In this document: positions 6,918 to 15,620 of the stretch, one piece after another | How positions within the stretch are numbered: the first letter of the stretch is position 1 | Layout: the number at the start of each line of letters is the position of its first letter | Source of the DNA: Gaiellales bacterium | GTDB taxonomy: Bacteria; Actinomycetota; Thermoleophilia; Gaiellales; F1-60-MAGs149 | Assembly: GCA_046598415.1 (NCBI GenBank) | Contig: JBKJIG010000031.1 | Coordinates: 84,975-108,974 of the forward strand | DNA: 24,000 nt | Direction of reading: 5' to 3' | The notes under the pieces: model-generated | The model's input: only the letters and a program-made list of their open reading frames with translations | What the model was told of the DNA's origin: nothing | Database searches by the model: none | Translations under genes and position numbers: made by a program

Positions 6918-8459
6918 GTGAGCACGGTGGAGAACACGGCCCCCAGGGAGGGCGTGCGGGTCGGCCGTGTCCTGCTGCTGGTATTCGGCGGGCTGCTGAT
7001 GCTGGTCTCGTTCGGCCTCCTCGCAGGGGGCGGCGTGCTCGGCTGGGCGTACGGCACGCAACGCGATGCCGACGGATACTTCACGACGTCCACCGAGCGT
7101 CTCCGGTCACCGGCCTTCGCGATCACGTCGCAGAAGATCGATCTCGGCTCCGCCCCGGACGACTGGGCCTTCGGCGACAGCCGGTTCGGCACGGTCCGCC
7201 TGCGCGTCGCCGGATCCGAGGGCGCCCCGGTCTTCGTCGGCATCGGCCGGGAGACCGACGTCGAGCGCTATCTGGACGGCGTTGCCCAGGACGAGATCGT
7301 CCACGCCGACTTCTCCGGGCCGGATCTGGGCGACGTCGATGTGCGGTTCCGGCGCCGGACCGGGACCCGGACGCCGGCGCCGCCGGCGGACCAGCGCTTC
7401 TGGGTCGCGTCGGCCGGGGGCGCAGGGACGCAGACGCTGGACTGGGATGTGCGGTCGGGCGCGTGGACGGCCGTGGTCATGAACGCCAATGCCGGCCGCG
7501 GCGTCGACGTCGACGCCGCTGTCGGCGCCAAGGCCGACTGGCTCCTGCCCGTGCTGATCGGCCTGCTGGTCGGCGGCGGTCTGCTGCTCGCCATCTCGCT
7601 CACGATGGTGGTCGTCGGCGCCACGGGACTGCGGCATCCGACGCCCGCTGCCGCGGCCGGAGCTGGGCCGACGGCTCGGCCGCTGCCGGCGTCCGGAGCC
7701 TGGACCGCCGACGCGCATGCCCGCGTCTACCCGCTGCGCCTCGACGGGACGCTGGACGACGACGTGAGCCGGTGGCTCTGGCTCGTGAAGTGGCTGCTCG
7801 CGATCCCGCACTTCATCGTGCTGTGGTTCCTGTGGATCGCGTTCGCCGTCGTCAGCTTCATCGCGTTCCTCGCGATCCTCTTCACCGGCCGCTATCCGCG
7901 CGGGCTGTTCGACTTCAACGCCGGGGTGCTGCGGTGGACGTGGCGGGTCGGCTTCTACGCGTACAGCGCCCTCGGCACCGACCGCTACCCGCCGTTCACA
8001 CTCGAGGACGTGCCCGACTACCCGGCGCGCCTTCAGATCGACTACCCGGAGCGGCTGTCGCGTGGCCTGGTGCTCGTCAAGTGGTGGCTGCTGGCCATCC
8101 CGCAGTACCTCATCGTCGGCCTGTTCGGCAGCGGCATCTGGTGGAGCGCCGGCTGGTGGGGTGGCGACCACCACGCCTCCGGGCTCGTCCAGGGAAACGC
8201 GGGCGGAGGGCTGATCGGGATACTGGTCCTGATCGCCGGCATCTGGCTCCTGTTCGCCGGCCACTATCCGCGCGACATCTTCCGCTTCGTGATGGGCCTG
8301 AACCGCTGGGTGTACCGCGTGATCGCCTACGCGACGCTGATGCGCGACGAGTATCCGCCGTTCCACCTCGACGCGGGCGGCCGCGATCCTGGCACTCCAC
8401 CTCTGGCACCGACCCCGGAATCTCCGGCCGAGCAGCCGCCGGAGACGGCGGACGCATAG
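6918..8459 (+). CDS. DUF4389-family integral membrane protein with an N-terminal extracytoplasmic domain
   Basis: GTG start preceded by GGGAGTGAG. The C-terminal half contains two DUF4389-like repeats: [72 protein letters not shown] and [16 protein letters not shown]...[38 protein letters not shown]. Confidence 0.85.
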   Translation: MSTVENTAPREGVRVGRVLLLVFGGLLMLVSFGLLAGGGVLGWAYGTQRDADGYFTTSTERLRSPAFAITSQKIDLGSAPDDWAFGDSRFGTVRLRVAGSEGAPVFVGIGRETDVERYLDGVAQDEIVHADFSGPDLGDVDVRFRRRTGTRTPAPPADQRFWVASAGGAGTQTLDWDVRSGAWTAVVMNANAGRGVDVDAAVGAKADWLLPVLIGLLVGGGLLLAISLTMVVVGATGLRHPTPAAAAGAGPTARPLPASGAWTADAHARVYPLRLDGTLDDDVSRWLWLVKWLLAIPHFIVLWFLWIAFAVVSFIAFLAILFTGRYPRGLFDFNAGVLRWTWRVGFYAYSALGTDRYPPFTLEDVPDYPARLQIDYPERLSRGLVLVKWWLLAIPQYLIVGLFGSGIWWSAGWWGGDHHASGLVQGNAGGGLIGILVLIAGIWLLFAGHYPRDIFRFVMGLNRWVYRVIAYATLMRDEYPPFHLDAGGRDPGTPPLAPTPESPAEQPPETADA

Positions 8460-8460
8460 G

Positions 8461-8489
8461 TCCGTCCTGCGGAGTTTCCGCAGGACGGA
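8461..8489. terminator. Perfect 13-bp stem / 3-nt loop hairpin TCCGTCCTGCGGA-GTT-TCCGCAGGACGGA. Its core (8468-8482, TGCGGAGTTTCCGCA) is a variant of the operator-like palindrome.
   Basis: Begins 2 nt after the DUF4389 stop. Its centre is 65 nt upstream of the DHOD-like ATG (8540). No U-tract follows. Confidence 0.5.
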
Positions 8490-8539
8490 CCCGCGCCCCC
8501 GCCGTTGCGCATCGGTCGCCGACCCCGGATGCTGCACGT

Positions 8540-9565
8540 ATGACCGCCTCGCACGCCGACTCGCCGGTCGATCTGACGACCTCGTACCTCGGCCTGGCGC
8601 TGCGCAGCCCGATCGTGGCATCGCCCTCGCCGCTGACGGGGACGCTCGATGGCATCCGCCGGCTGGCGCAGGCCGGAGCCGGCGCGATCGTCTTGCCGTC
8701 GGTGTTCGAGGAGCAGGTGTGGCGCTCCTCCGAGCGACTTCTGGCCGGAAACGACGGCGGCATCGGCCGCCTCGACCGCGTCAGCTCGTACCCGCCGGAC
8801 GCCACCGTCGCCCTCGACGATCCGTCCGCTGCGCTCGGGCTGATCCGGGCAGCCGTGAACGCGGTCGACATCCCCATCGTCGCGAGCCTCAACGGCGGCG
8901 GCAGCGGCGGCTGGCCCGTGTACGCGCACGCGCTGCAGCAGGCCGGAGCGGTGGCGATCGAGCTGAACATCTACGACATCGCCGCCGACATCGGCTCGTC
9001 GGCGGCCACGGTCGAGGATCACTACATCGAGATCCTCGCAAGCGTCAAGGCGGTGGTGACCATTCCCGTCGCGGTCAAGCTCCCGCCGTGGTTCAGCTCC
9101 GTCGGTGCGATCGCAGCCCGGCTCGCCGGCGCGGGCGCCGACGGCCTGGTCCTGTTCAACCGGTTCCTGCAGCGGGACATCGACCCCGAGCGGCTCGCGG
9201 TCACCTCCGGCATGCACCTGTCGAGCTCGCACGAGTCGACGCTCCCGATGACGTGGATCGCCCTCCTCCGGGGCCGCGTCGGCGTATCGCTGGCCGCGAC
9301 CACGGGCGTCGAGGGGCCCGCCGATGTCGCGAGGTTCCTGCTCGCCGGCGCCGACGTCGTGATGACCGCCTCCGCCGTGTTGCGACACGGCCCCGAGTAC
9401 GTCAGCGAGCTGACAGACGGCCTCGTCGCTTGGATGCGCCGCAAGCAGTTCACCACCCTCAGCGAGGTGCGCGGGCTGCTGAGCGAGGCCCTCGGCGCGG
9501 ACGCCGCGTCCCACCGGGCCGGCTACGTCGACGTGCTCCAGGCCGGACGCAAGCAGTATGGCTGA
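8540..9565 (+). CDS. Dihydroorotate dehydrogenase-like (class 1 DHOD/DHPD-like TIM-barrel) flavoprotein
   Basis: Begins [34 protein letters not shown]. Also contains [34 protein letters not shown] and [29 protein letters not shown], the DHOD-like barrel pattern. It is the only real part of the 6689..9565 ORF. Confidence 0.85.
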   Translation: MTASHADSPVDLTTSYLGLALRSPIVASPSPLTGTLDGIRRLAQAGAGAIVLPSVFEEQVWRSSERLLAGNDGGIGRLDRVSSYPPDATVALDDPSAALGLIRAAVNAVDIPIVASLNGGGSGGWPVYAHALQQAGAVAIELNIYDIAADIGSSAATVEDHYIEILASVKAVVTIPVAVKLPPWFSSVGAIAARLAGAGADGLVLFNRFLQRDIDPERLAVTSGMHLSSSHESTLPMTWIALLRGRVGVSLAATTGVEGPADVARFLLAGADVVMTASAVLRHGPEYVSELTDGLVAWMRRKQFTTLSEVRGLLSEALGADAASHRAGYVDVLQAGRKQYG

Positions 9566-11981
9566 GCCCGCGCTCGCCCCGGACGAGCTCGCCGCGATCG
9601 ATGCGTGGTGGCGCGCTGCGAACTACCTCAGCGCCGGCCAGATCTACCTGATGGCGAACCCGCTGCTGCGCGAGCCGCTGCGGCCGGAGCACGTCAAGCC
9701 GCGCCTGCTCGGCCACTGGGGGACGACGCCGGGGCTGAACCTGCTCTACGCGCACCTGAACCGCATCATCGTCGCGCACGACGCCGACCTCCTGTTCATC
9801 GCCGGCCCCGGCCACGGCGGCCCGGCGATGTGCGCGAGCACGTGGCTCGAGGGGTCCTACACGGAGCACTGGCCGACCGTCACCGCGGACGGCGCCGGGA
9901 TGCAGAAGCTGTTCCGCCAGTTCTCGTTCCCGGGCGGCGTTCCGAGCCACGTCGCGCCCGAAACGCCCGGCTCGATCCACGAGGGTGGCGAGCTCGGCTA
10001 CGCGCTCGCGCACGCCTACGGCGCGGCCCTCGACAATCCCGATCTCGTGGTGGCCTGCGTGATCGGCGACGGTGAGGCCGAGACGGGGCCGCTCGCGGCC
10101 AGCTGGCACGCGAACAAGTTCCTGAACCCGGCGACCGACGGCGCGGTCCTGCCGATCCTGCACCTAAACGGCTGGAAGATCGCGAACCCGACCGTGCTCG
10201 CGCGGATCGGCGAGGCGGAGCTGACGCAGCTCCTGTCCGGCTACGGACATCGTCCGCTGATCGTCTCGGGCGACGATCCCGAGCGCGTGCACCAGGCGTT
10301 GGCGGCGGCGCTGGACGACGCCTACGCCGATATCCGCCGCATCCAGCACGAGGCCCGTGCGGGCGGCGCCGTGCGGCGTCCGCCCTGGCCGATGATCGTC
10401 CTCGAGACGCCGAAGGGATGGACCGGCCCGCAGACGGTCGACGGCCTCAAGGTCGAGGGCACCTGGCGCTCGCACCAGGTGCCGCTGTCCGCGACCCGCA
10501 CCAACCCGGAGCACCTGGCGGCCCTCGAGCGATGGCTGCGCAGCTACCGGCCGGAGGAGCTGTTCGATGCCGACGGCCGCCCGGCGGAGACGATCCGCGC
10601 CCTGGCACCGAACCGGTCGAAGCGGATGGGATCGAGCCCGCACGCCAACGGCGGCAAGCTGCTGCGCGACCTCACGCTGCCCGAGTTCCGCGCGTTCGGT
10701 GTCGACGTTCCCCGGCCCGGGGCGACGACGGCCGAGGCGACGCGCGTGCTCGGCCGGTACCTGGCCGAGGTGATGCGACTGAACGCCGGCGCCCGCAACT
10801 TCCGCATCGTCGGCCCCGACGAGACGGCGTCCAACCGCCTGGGCGACGTCTTCGAGGTGACGGGTCGCGCCTGGATGGGCGAGCGCACGGCCGACGACGA
10901 GGACCTCGCGGCCGACGGCCGGGTCATGGAGATCCTCTCGGAGCACGTCTGCCAGGGTTGGCTCGAGGGCTACCTGCTGACGGGCCGGCACGGCCTGTTC
11001 TCGTGCTACGAGGCGTTCGTCCACATCGTCGACTCGATGTTCAACCAGCACGCGAAGTGGATCAAGACCGCGCACGGCATCCCGTGGCGGCGGCCCGTCG
11101 CGTCGCTCAACTACCTGCTCACGTCGCACGTCTGGCGCCAGGACCACAACGGTTTCTCGCACCAGGACCCCGGCTTCATCGACCACGTCATGAACAAGCG
11201 GGCCGAGGTGATCCGCGTGTACCTGCCGCCCGACGCCAACACGCTGCTGTCGGTGGGCGACCACTGCCTGCGCAGCCGCGACTACGTGAACGTCATCGTC
11301 GCGGGCAAGCAGCCGGCGCCGAACTGGCTGACCGTCGAGGAGGCCGCCGACCACTGCACGCGCGGCCTCGGCATCTGGGACTGGGCGACGAACGAGGGCG
11401 AGGAGGGGCCTGACGTGGTGATGGCCTGCGCCGGCGACGTCCCGACGCTCGAGACCCTGGCGGCGGTGAGCATGCTGCGCGACCGGCTCCCGCACCTGCG
11501 CGTGCGGGTCGTGAACGTGGTCGACCTGATGCGCCTCCAGCCCGCCGCCGAGCACCCGCACGGCCTTCCCGACGTCGAGTTCGACGCCATCTTCACGCCG
11601 GACCGGCCCGTGATCTTCGCGTACCACGGCTACCCGTGGCTGATCCACCGTCTGACGTACCGGCGCACGAACCACCGCAACATCCACGTGCGCGGCTACC
11701 GCGAGGAGGGCACGACCACGACGCCGTTCGACATGGTGATGCTGAACGACCTCGACCGGTTCCACCTCGTCGCCGACGTGATCGACCGGGTGCCGTCGCT
11801 CGGCCCGCCTGCGGCCGACGTCCGGCAGGACATGGTCGACGCGCGCAACCGCGCGCGGCGCCATACCCGCGAGCACGGCGTCGACACCCCGGAGGTCACC
11901 GAGTGGACCTGGGACGTTCCGGGCGGACCGCACGATCCGCCACCAGGATCGTCTCCCGCTCGGCGTCCGACCGGAACCTGA
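9558..11981 (+). CDS. xfp: Phosphoketolase (xylulose-5-phosphate/fructose-6-phosphate phosphoketolase)
   Basis: 806 aa. Contains [57 protein letters not shown] and [15 protein letters not shown], canonical XFP signatures. Its ATG overlaps the upstream gene by 8 nt (ATGGCTGA). Confidence 0.95.
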   Translation: MAEPALAPDELAAIDAWWRAANYLSAGQIYLMANPLLREPLRPEHVKPRLLGHWGTTPGLNLLYAHLNRIIVAHDADLLFIAGPGHGGPAMCASTWLEGSYTEHWPTVTADGAGMQKLFRQFSFPGGVPSHVAPETPGSIHEGGELGYALAHAYGAALDNPDLVVACVIGDGEAETGPLAASWHANKFLNPATDGAVLPILHLNGWKIANPTVLARIGEAELTQLLSGYGHRPLIVSGDDPERVHQALAAALDDAYADIRRIQHEARAGGAVRRPPWPMIVLETPKGWTGPQTVDGLKVEGTWRSHQVPLSATRTNPEHLAALERWLRSYRPEELFDADGRPAETIRALAPNRSKRMGSSPHANGGKLLRDLTLPEFRAFGVDVPRPGATTAEATRVLGRYLAEVMRLNAGARNFRIVGPDETASNRLGDVFEVTGRAWMGERTADDEDLAADGRVMEILSEHVCQGWLEGYLLTGRHGLFSCYEAFVHIVDSMFNQHAKWIKTAHGIPWRRPVASLNYLLTSHVWRQDHNGFSHQDPGFIDHVMNKRAEVIRVYLPPDANTLLSVGDHCLRSRDYVNVIVAGKQPAPNWLTVEEAADHCTRGLGIWDWATNEGEEGPDVVMACAGDVPTLETLAAVSMLRDRLPHLRVRVVNVVDLMRLQPAAEHPHGLPDVEFDAIFTPDRPVIFAYHGYPWLIHRLTYRRTNHRNIHVRGYREEGTTTTPFDMVMLNDLDRFHLVADVIDRVPSLGPPAADVRQDMVDARNRARRHTREHGVDTPEVTEWTWDVPGGPHDPPPGSSPARRPTGT

Positions 11982-12043
11982 CGGCCTCCGGGACGGCGCA
12001 GACCGGTTGCGTGATCGTCCGTAGGAAATGCCCCGTGCCGGAC

Positions 12044-12058
12044 TGCGGCAAAGCCGCA
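12044..12058. promoter_or_regulatory. Palindromic operator-like variant TGCGGCAAAGCCGCA
   Basis: Intergenic. Its centre is 92 nt upstream of the USP ATG at 12143. The flank CCGGACTGC is shared with the site at 16200. Confidence 0.55.
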
Positions 12059-12142
12059 CCTCACATCGCGTCGCCCGCGGATGGAGCAGCACCGGCGGCG
12101 ACGGATGATGCGTCCGTAGGCACTCACGGAAAGGAGAGGTCG

Positions 12143-12586
12143 ATGGACCTCATCGTGCACGCAACGGATGGATCTCCCGAGGCCGCCGCGGCTCTGGATC
12201 TCGCCATCGAACTGGCCAAGGACACCGGCGCCAGGCTCGCCGTGCTCGCGGTGCACGTACCGGTTCCCGGTGGCAAGGGAATCGCGCCGCCGATCTCGCA
12301 GGTCGAGCAGCCACACGGCGCCGAGCACCTCGCCGAGGCGGCCGCGGCGACGGCGAACGCCGCCGGCATCGACACCAAGCCGTACGTCGCGACCGGTGAG
12401 CCGGCGAAGGAGATCGTGCGCCTCGCCAAGGACCTGGGCGCGAACCTGATCGTGATCGGTTCCCGCGGGCTCGGCGGGGTGCGCGGGGCGCTCGTTGGAT
12501 CCGTGTCGCGCGCCGTCATGACGCACTCCACCGTCCCGGTGACGGTCGTCACGAGCCGCTCCGTCCGCGAGCCGGCCCGCGCGTAG
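12143..12586 (+). CDS. Universal stress protein (UspA family)
   Basis: An AAGGAGAG Shine-Dalgarno lies 5 nt upstream of the ATG. Sequence: MDLIVHATDGSPEAAAALDLAIELA...LIVIGSRGLGGVRGALVGSVSRAVMTHSTVPVTVV. Confidence 0.9.
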   Translation: MDLIVHATDGSPEAAAALDLAIELAKDTGARLAVLAVHVPVPGGKGIAPPISQVEQPHGAEHLAEAAAATANAAGIDTKPYVATGEPAKEIVRLAKDLGANLIVIGSRGLGGVRGALVGSVSRAVMTHSTVPVTVVTSRSVREPARA

Positions 12587-12591
12587 AGCGA

Positions 12592-12639
12592 CTGGCGGGT
12601 TCCCGGGTACGCCACCCCCCGGCATCGGGGACCCGCCAG
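12592..12639. terminator. Long-loop hairpin CTGGCGGGTTCCC...GGGGACCCGCCAG downstream of the USP gene
   Basis: 13-nt arms with one T/G wobble and a loop of about 22 nt. Starts 6 nt after the stop at 12586. The left arm GGCGGGTTCCCGGG resembles the operator motif with one T missing. Confidence 0.3.
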
Positions 12640-12669
12640 GTATGTCGCTGTGGATGACCCCGCCCGACG

Positions 12670-13000
12670 CCCTGGCGTGCCGCCGAGGCGTGGGCGCTGG
12701 GCGACACCCTCGACGCCGAGATCGTGATCGACGGGGCACGCGTCGGCCGCCTCCGCGACCTCGCGGTGCGCCTCGGCGACGTAGGTCCTCGACCGCACCG
12801 CCGCGGTCGGCGTCGAGATCGGCGCGGCCGCCGTGCTGCGCCGGATCGGCCTGCGCCGGCTGGCGCGACACGCGCGCCGCGACCTGATCCCGATCTTCGC
12901 GATCCACCTGCCGGGCGCCAGCCACGAGCCGCTCACCCTCGAGACGACGCACGCGCGCTGGCTTCGCTGCAGGCACACGAGCTCGCCGGCCTGCTCGACC
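12670..13000 (+). pseudogene. Putative frameshifted remnant of a PRC-barrel/MgtE_N-like protein
   Basis: Protein-like segments appear in alternating frames: frame 1 AAEAWALGDTLDAEIVIDGARVGRLRDLAVRLGDV, frame 2 VLDRTAAVGVEIGAAAVLRRIGLRRLARHARRDLIPIFAIHLPGASHEPLTLET, then frame 1 again LASLQAHELAGLLDRD. No single intact ORF with a convincing start exists. The family assignment is from memory only. Confidence 0.35.
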
Positions 13001-13086
13001 GAGACGCTGGAGCCAGAGCACGCCGCCCGGACGCGGCATCACCTCGCACGCCACGCCACCCGGCGGGCCCGTCGCCGGCTGACCGA

Positions 13087-13273
13087 TCTCCAAAGCGCCG
13101 TAGGGCCCGGCTCGCCGCGTTCGCAGCCGTGCTGGGACCGGGCCTCCTGGCCGGGCGATCGCGGGCTGATGGGCGCCTACGCCAGCTCCCGTCTCGTGAC
13201 GGCCCTGGGCTGGCTCACGGTGATGGCGGTCGGCGGCTGCGTGGTCGCCCTCGCGGCCGCCGCGCTCGTCTGA
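13087..13273 (+). pseudogene. Putative Nramp-family (NRMT-like) transporter remnant: N-terminal and C-terminal ends joined by a large internal deletion plus a frameshift
   Basis: Frame 1 reads RRRARLAAFAAVLGPGLLAG(RSRADG), resembling the Nramp N-terminal LGPGLxxGxSDDDPSG motif. Frame 2 reads LMGAYASSRLVTALGWLTVMAVGGCVVALAAAALV-stop, resembling the Nramp C-terminal last helix. About 400 aa of transporter core is missing. Confidence 0.35.
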
Positions 13274-13284
13274 CGAGGGGGTCG

Positions 13285-13695
13285 CTACTTGACGATCAGC
13301 ACGTCGCAGGAGGCGTGGTGCGCGACACGGTCAGAGACGGAGCCGAGCAACGCGCGCTGCATGCCGTTCTGGTTGCGGCTGCCGACGATGATCAGCGAGT
13401 AGCCGTCGCGCTCGGCGGCCTCGCAGATGGCGTCCGCGGGGTCGCCGACGGCCTCGATGGTGTGCGCCTCAACGCCACGGCCGGCGAGGAACTCGATCGC
13501 CTCGGCCAGTTCGGCGCGATGCTCGGACGGGCCGTCGCCCGCGACGAACGGTCCACCGGAGCGCGGTCCGCCGGCGACTCTCGGAACCACGCTGATGACG
13601 CCGAGCGTGTCGCCGTACAGGGTCATCGTGGCTGCTCGGTCGAGCGCCGCCTTGGCGCTCTCCGTGCCGTCATAGCCCACCAGCAGCTTCGACAT
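13285..13695 (-). CDS. Universal stress protein (UspA family)
   Basis: A GGAGGT Shine-Dalgarno lies 5 nt upstream of the ATG at 13695. Sequence: MSKLLVGYDGTESAKAALDRA...LIIVGSRNQNGMQRALLGSVSDRVAHHASCDVLIVK. Confidence 0.9.
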   Translation of the reverse strand: MSKLLVGYDGTESAKAALDRAATMTLYGDTLGVISVVPRVAGGPRSGGPFVAGDGPSEHRAELAEAIEFLAGRGVEAHTIEAVGDPADAICEAAERDGYSLIIVGSRNQNGMQRALLGSVSDRVAHHASCDVLIVK

Positions 13696-13783
13696 TTCCA
13701 ACCTCCAGAGGTTCTGATCGCTGAACCTCTCGAGCGTTGCACCGCGCCGAGACCGGCGAATCGGCGACAGCCCGGTCCGGGCC

Positions 13784-13798
13784 TGCGGGAAACCCGCG
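13784..13798. promoter_or_regulatory. Palindromic operator-like site TGCGGGAAACCCGCG
   Basis: Intergenic. Its centre is 96 nt upstream of the USP start at 13695 and 5 nt past the oxidase subunit I stop. Confidence 0.6.
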
Positions 13799-13802
13799 CC
13801 GC

Positions 13803-15620
13803 CTACAACTGGATGAGCAGGCCGGCGACGAGCAGCAGCAGCGCCAGCAGCATCGCCCAGGCTCCCTGGCGGCGCGCGCCGAGCGCCACGGCGACGTAGC
13901 CGGCGAGGATGCCGAGGGGCGCCCACAGGAACGGGCTCTGCCAGAGGGACGGGATCGCGAGCGCCACGCCGCCGGCGGCGAGCAGCCCCGCCAGCACGTC
14001 ACGCGGCTCCTCGCGCGCGATCGTGTCAGTACGGGCGTCGTCGGGTGGCTTCGGGCCGAGCGCCCCGGACAACCACGTCACGCCCAGCGTCCGCGCGAGG
14101 TTGTACGCGAAGATCGCCTGGCCGATCACGATCAGCGCCACGAACGGCAGCGCCAGTTGGCTCATCGTCAGGTACTGGTCCGGCAGGACCGCGAACCGGC
14201 GCGGCGCGCCCTCGAGCCCCTGCCACATCCACGGGATCACCGACCCGTACCCGCCCACCACCGTCAGGGCCAGATGCCAGTCGGCGAGGCGCAGGGAGTG
14301 CCACGGTCTGCCAACGATGCCAGGCAGGAAGTAGTAGATGGCCCCGAAGATCACCATCCCGATGTGGATCAGCGCCATGTTGTGGAAGTGCCCGACGATC
14401 CACAGGGTGTTGTGGGCGACGACGTCGTACTGGATCGTCGCGAGCCCGACGCCCTGCAGGCCGGCCACCAGCCACGAGACCAGCGCCACCGACAGGAACC
14501 GGGCAGCCGGGCTCGACCAGTCGAAGGCCGATCGGTAGATGGTGAAGCCGAGCGAGAACAGCGAGATCGCGGACGGGATCGTCACCGCGTAGGTGAGCGG
14601 TTGCGTGAAGCTGTTGACCGACTGCTGGAAGCTCTCCGGGAAGTCGGTGTACATGTGATGCGCGCCGATGATCACGTTCGAGACGACGGCGATCGTCCAC
14701 GCGACGGCGATGATGTGGCCGGCCACCAGATCACGGCCGGCGAGCTTCGGGATGATGTGGTAGTAGACGGCGACGGCCGGGAACAGCAGCAGGTAGACGA
14801 CCGGGTGGCCGAACCACCAGAGCATCGTCTTCGCGAGCAGCGGGTCGACGGTCACGGACGGCTGGATGGCCTGGACGACCATCAGCACGAGCAGGATGGC
14901 GAGCGGCAGCGTCGCGACGATCATGTCGAGGGCGATCACGGCGAGCGGGATCGCGGCGTACGGCAGCGGCCGGTCGGTTGCGAAGCGCTTCGGCCGCAGG
15001 TAGCCGAACCCGAGCGAGCACAGCACCCGGTGCCCGAAGCCCGCGCCGGCGCGGGCGCCGAGCCCCGGCCCCGTCAGCACCGCGAGCAGCGCGAAACAGT
15101 ACGCGAAGATCGACAGGCCGACCGAGAGCACCGACAGCGCGAACAGCGCCGTCGTCGTCTCCGTCCACTGTCCGGTCGAGGAGAACGGCAGCGGGTAGAG
15201 GAACACCCACGAGCCGGCGAAGTGCTGCGCCAGCACCGTGATGACGATGCCGGCGACGCCGACCACCATCGTCCACCACGAGATGGACGCCCACCGGTAC
15301 CCCCAGCCGCGCAGCTCGAAGCCCGATTCCTGGAGGATCCAGTACGAGAGGCCCATCAGGCAGAACGCGGCCCAACCGACGAAGGTCGCCAAGCCGTGCG
15401 CCGTCATCAGCTCGTACCACACGGCGGGCGAGACGGTGATGACCTCGGCCTGGCTCTCGCGCAGCACGCCACCGAGCGACCCGCCGACCAGGAAGAACAG
15501 GGTCGAGGTCAGCACGTGGCGCAAGACCAGCGACTTGGCCCGGTCGCGGACGGCGGCGACGCTCAACTCGGCCTCGCCGGTCCGGCCGAGGTAGCCGGCC
15601 GGGATGCCGACGGCACTCAC
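13803..15620 (-). CDS. Heme-copper oxidase subunit I (cytochrome c/quinol oxidase; probably B-family, ba3-like) with a C-terminal two-helix extension
   Basis: Metal ligands are present: LMTAHG (low-spin heme His), WWFGHPVVY (CuB His plus helix-VI Tyr), GAHHMYT (CuB His pair) and VGHFHNM (heme His pair). The GTG start at 15620 overlaps the subunit II stop as GTGA. The 38 codons upstream in the ORF are not needed. Confidence 0.9.
   Translation of the reverse strand: MSAVGIPAGYLGRTGEAELSVAAVRDRAKSLVLRHVLTSTLFFLVGGSLGGVLRESQAEVITVSPAVWYELMTAHGLATFVGWAAFCLMGLSYWILQESGFELRGWGYRWASISWWTMVVGVAGIVITVLAQHFAGSWVFLYPLPFSSTGQWTETTTALFALSVLSVGLSIFAYCFALLAVLTGPGLGARAGAGFGHRVLCSLGFGYLRPKRFATDRPLPYAAIPLAVIALDMIVATLPLAILLVLMVVQAIQPSVTVDPLLAKTMLWWFGHPVVYLLLFPAVAVYYHIIPKLAGRDLVAGHIIAVAWTIAVVSNVIIGAHHMYTDFPESFQQSVNSFTQPLTYAVTIPSAISLFSLGFTIYRSAFDWSSPAARFLSVALVSWLVAGLQGVGLATIQYDVVAHNTLWIVGHFHNMALIHIGMVIFGAIYYFLPGIVGRPWHSLRLADWHLALTVVGGYGSVIPWMWQGLEGAPRRFAVLPDQYLTMSQLALPFVALIVIGQAIFAYNLARTLGVTWLSGALGPKPPDDARTDTIAREEPRDVLAGLLAAGGVALAIPSLWQSPFLWAPLGILAGYVAVALGARRQGAWAMLLALLLLVAGLLIQL

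Noticed and set aside
6689-8539. The upstream two-thirds of the 958-aa ORF 6689..9565
   Set aside because: It overlaps the DUF4389 gene in another frame and is Arg/Pro/Gly-rich junk. The DHOD-like similarity begins only at ATG 8540.
7107-8621. 504-aa minus-strand ORF antisense to the DUF4389 gene
   Set aside because: A shadow ORF with no domain signature and biased composition.
10164-12092. 642-aa minus-strand ORF antisense to phosphoketolase (also 9459..10163 minus and 10418..11413 plus)
   Set aside because: Phosphoketolase on the plus strand is unambiguous. The antisense and off-frame ORFs are GC-driven artefacts.
12016-12120. 10-nt direct repeat CGTCCGTAGG at 12016-12025 and 12111-12120 flanking the operator upstream of the USP at 12143
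   Set aside because: It is short and occurs only twice, placed asymmetrically around the palindrome. I cannot distinguish it from chance without genome-wide counts.
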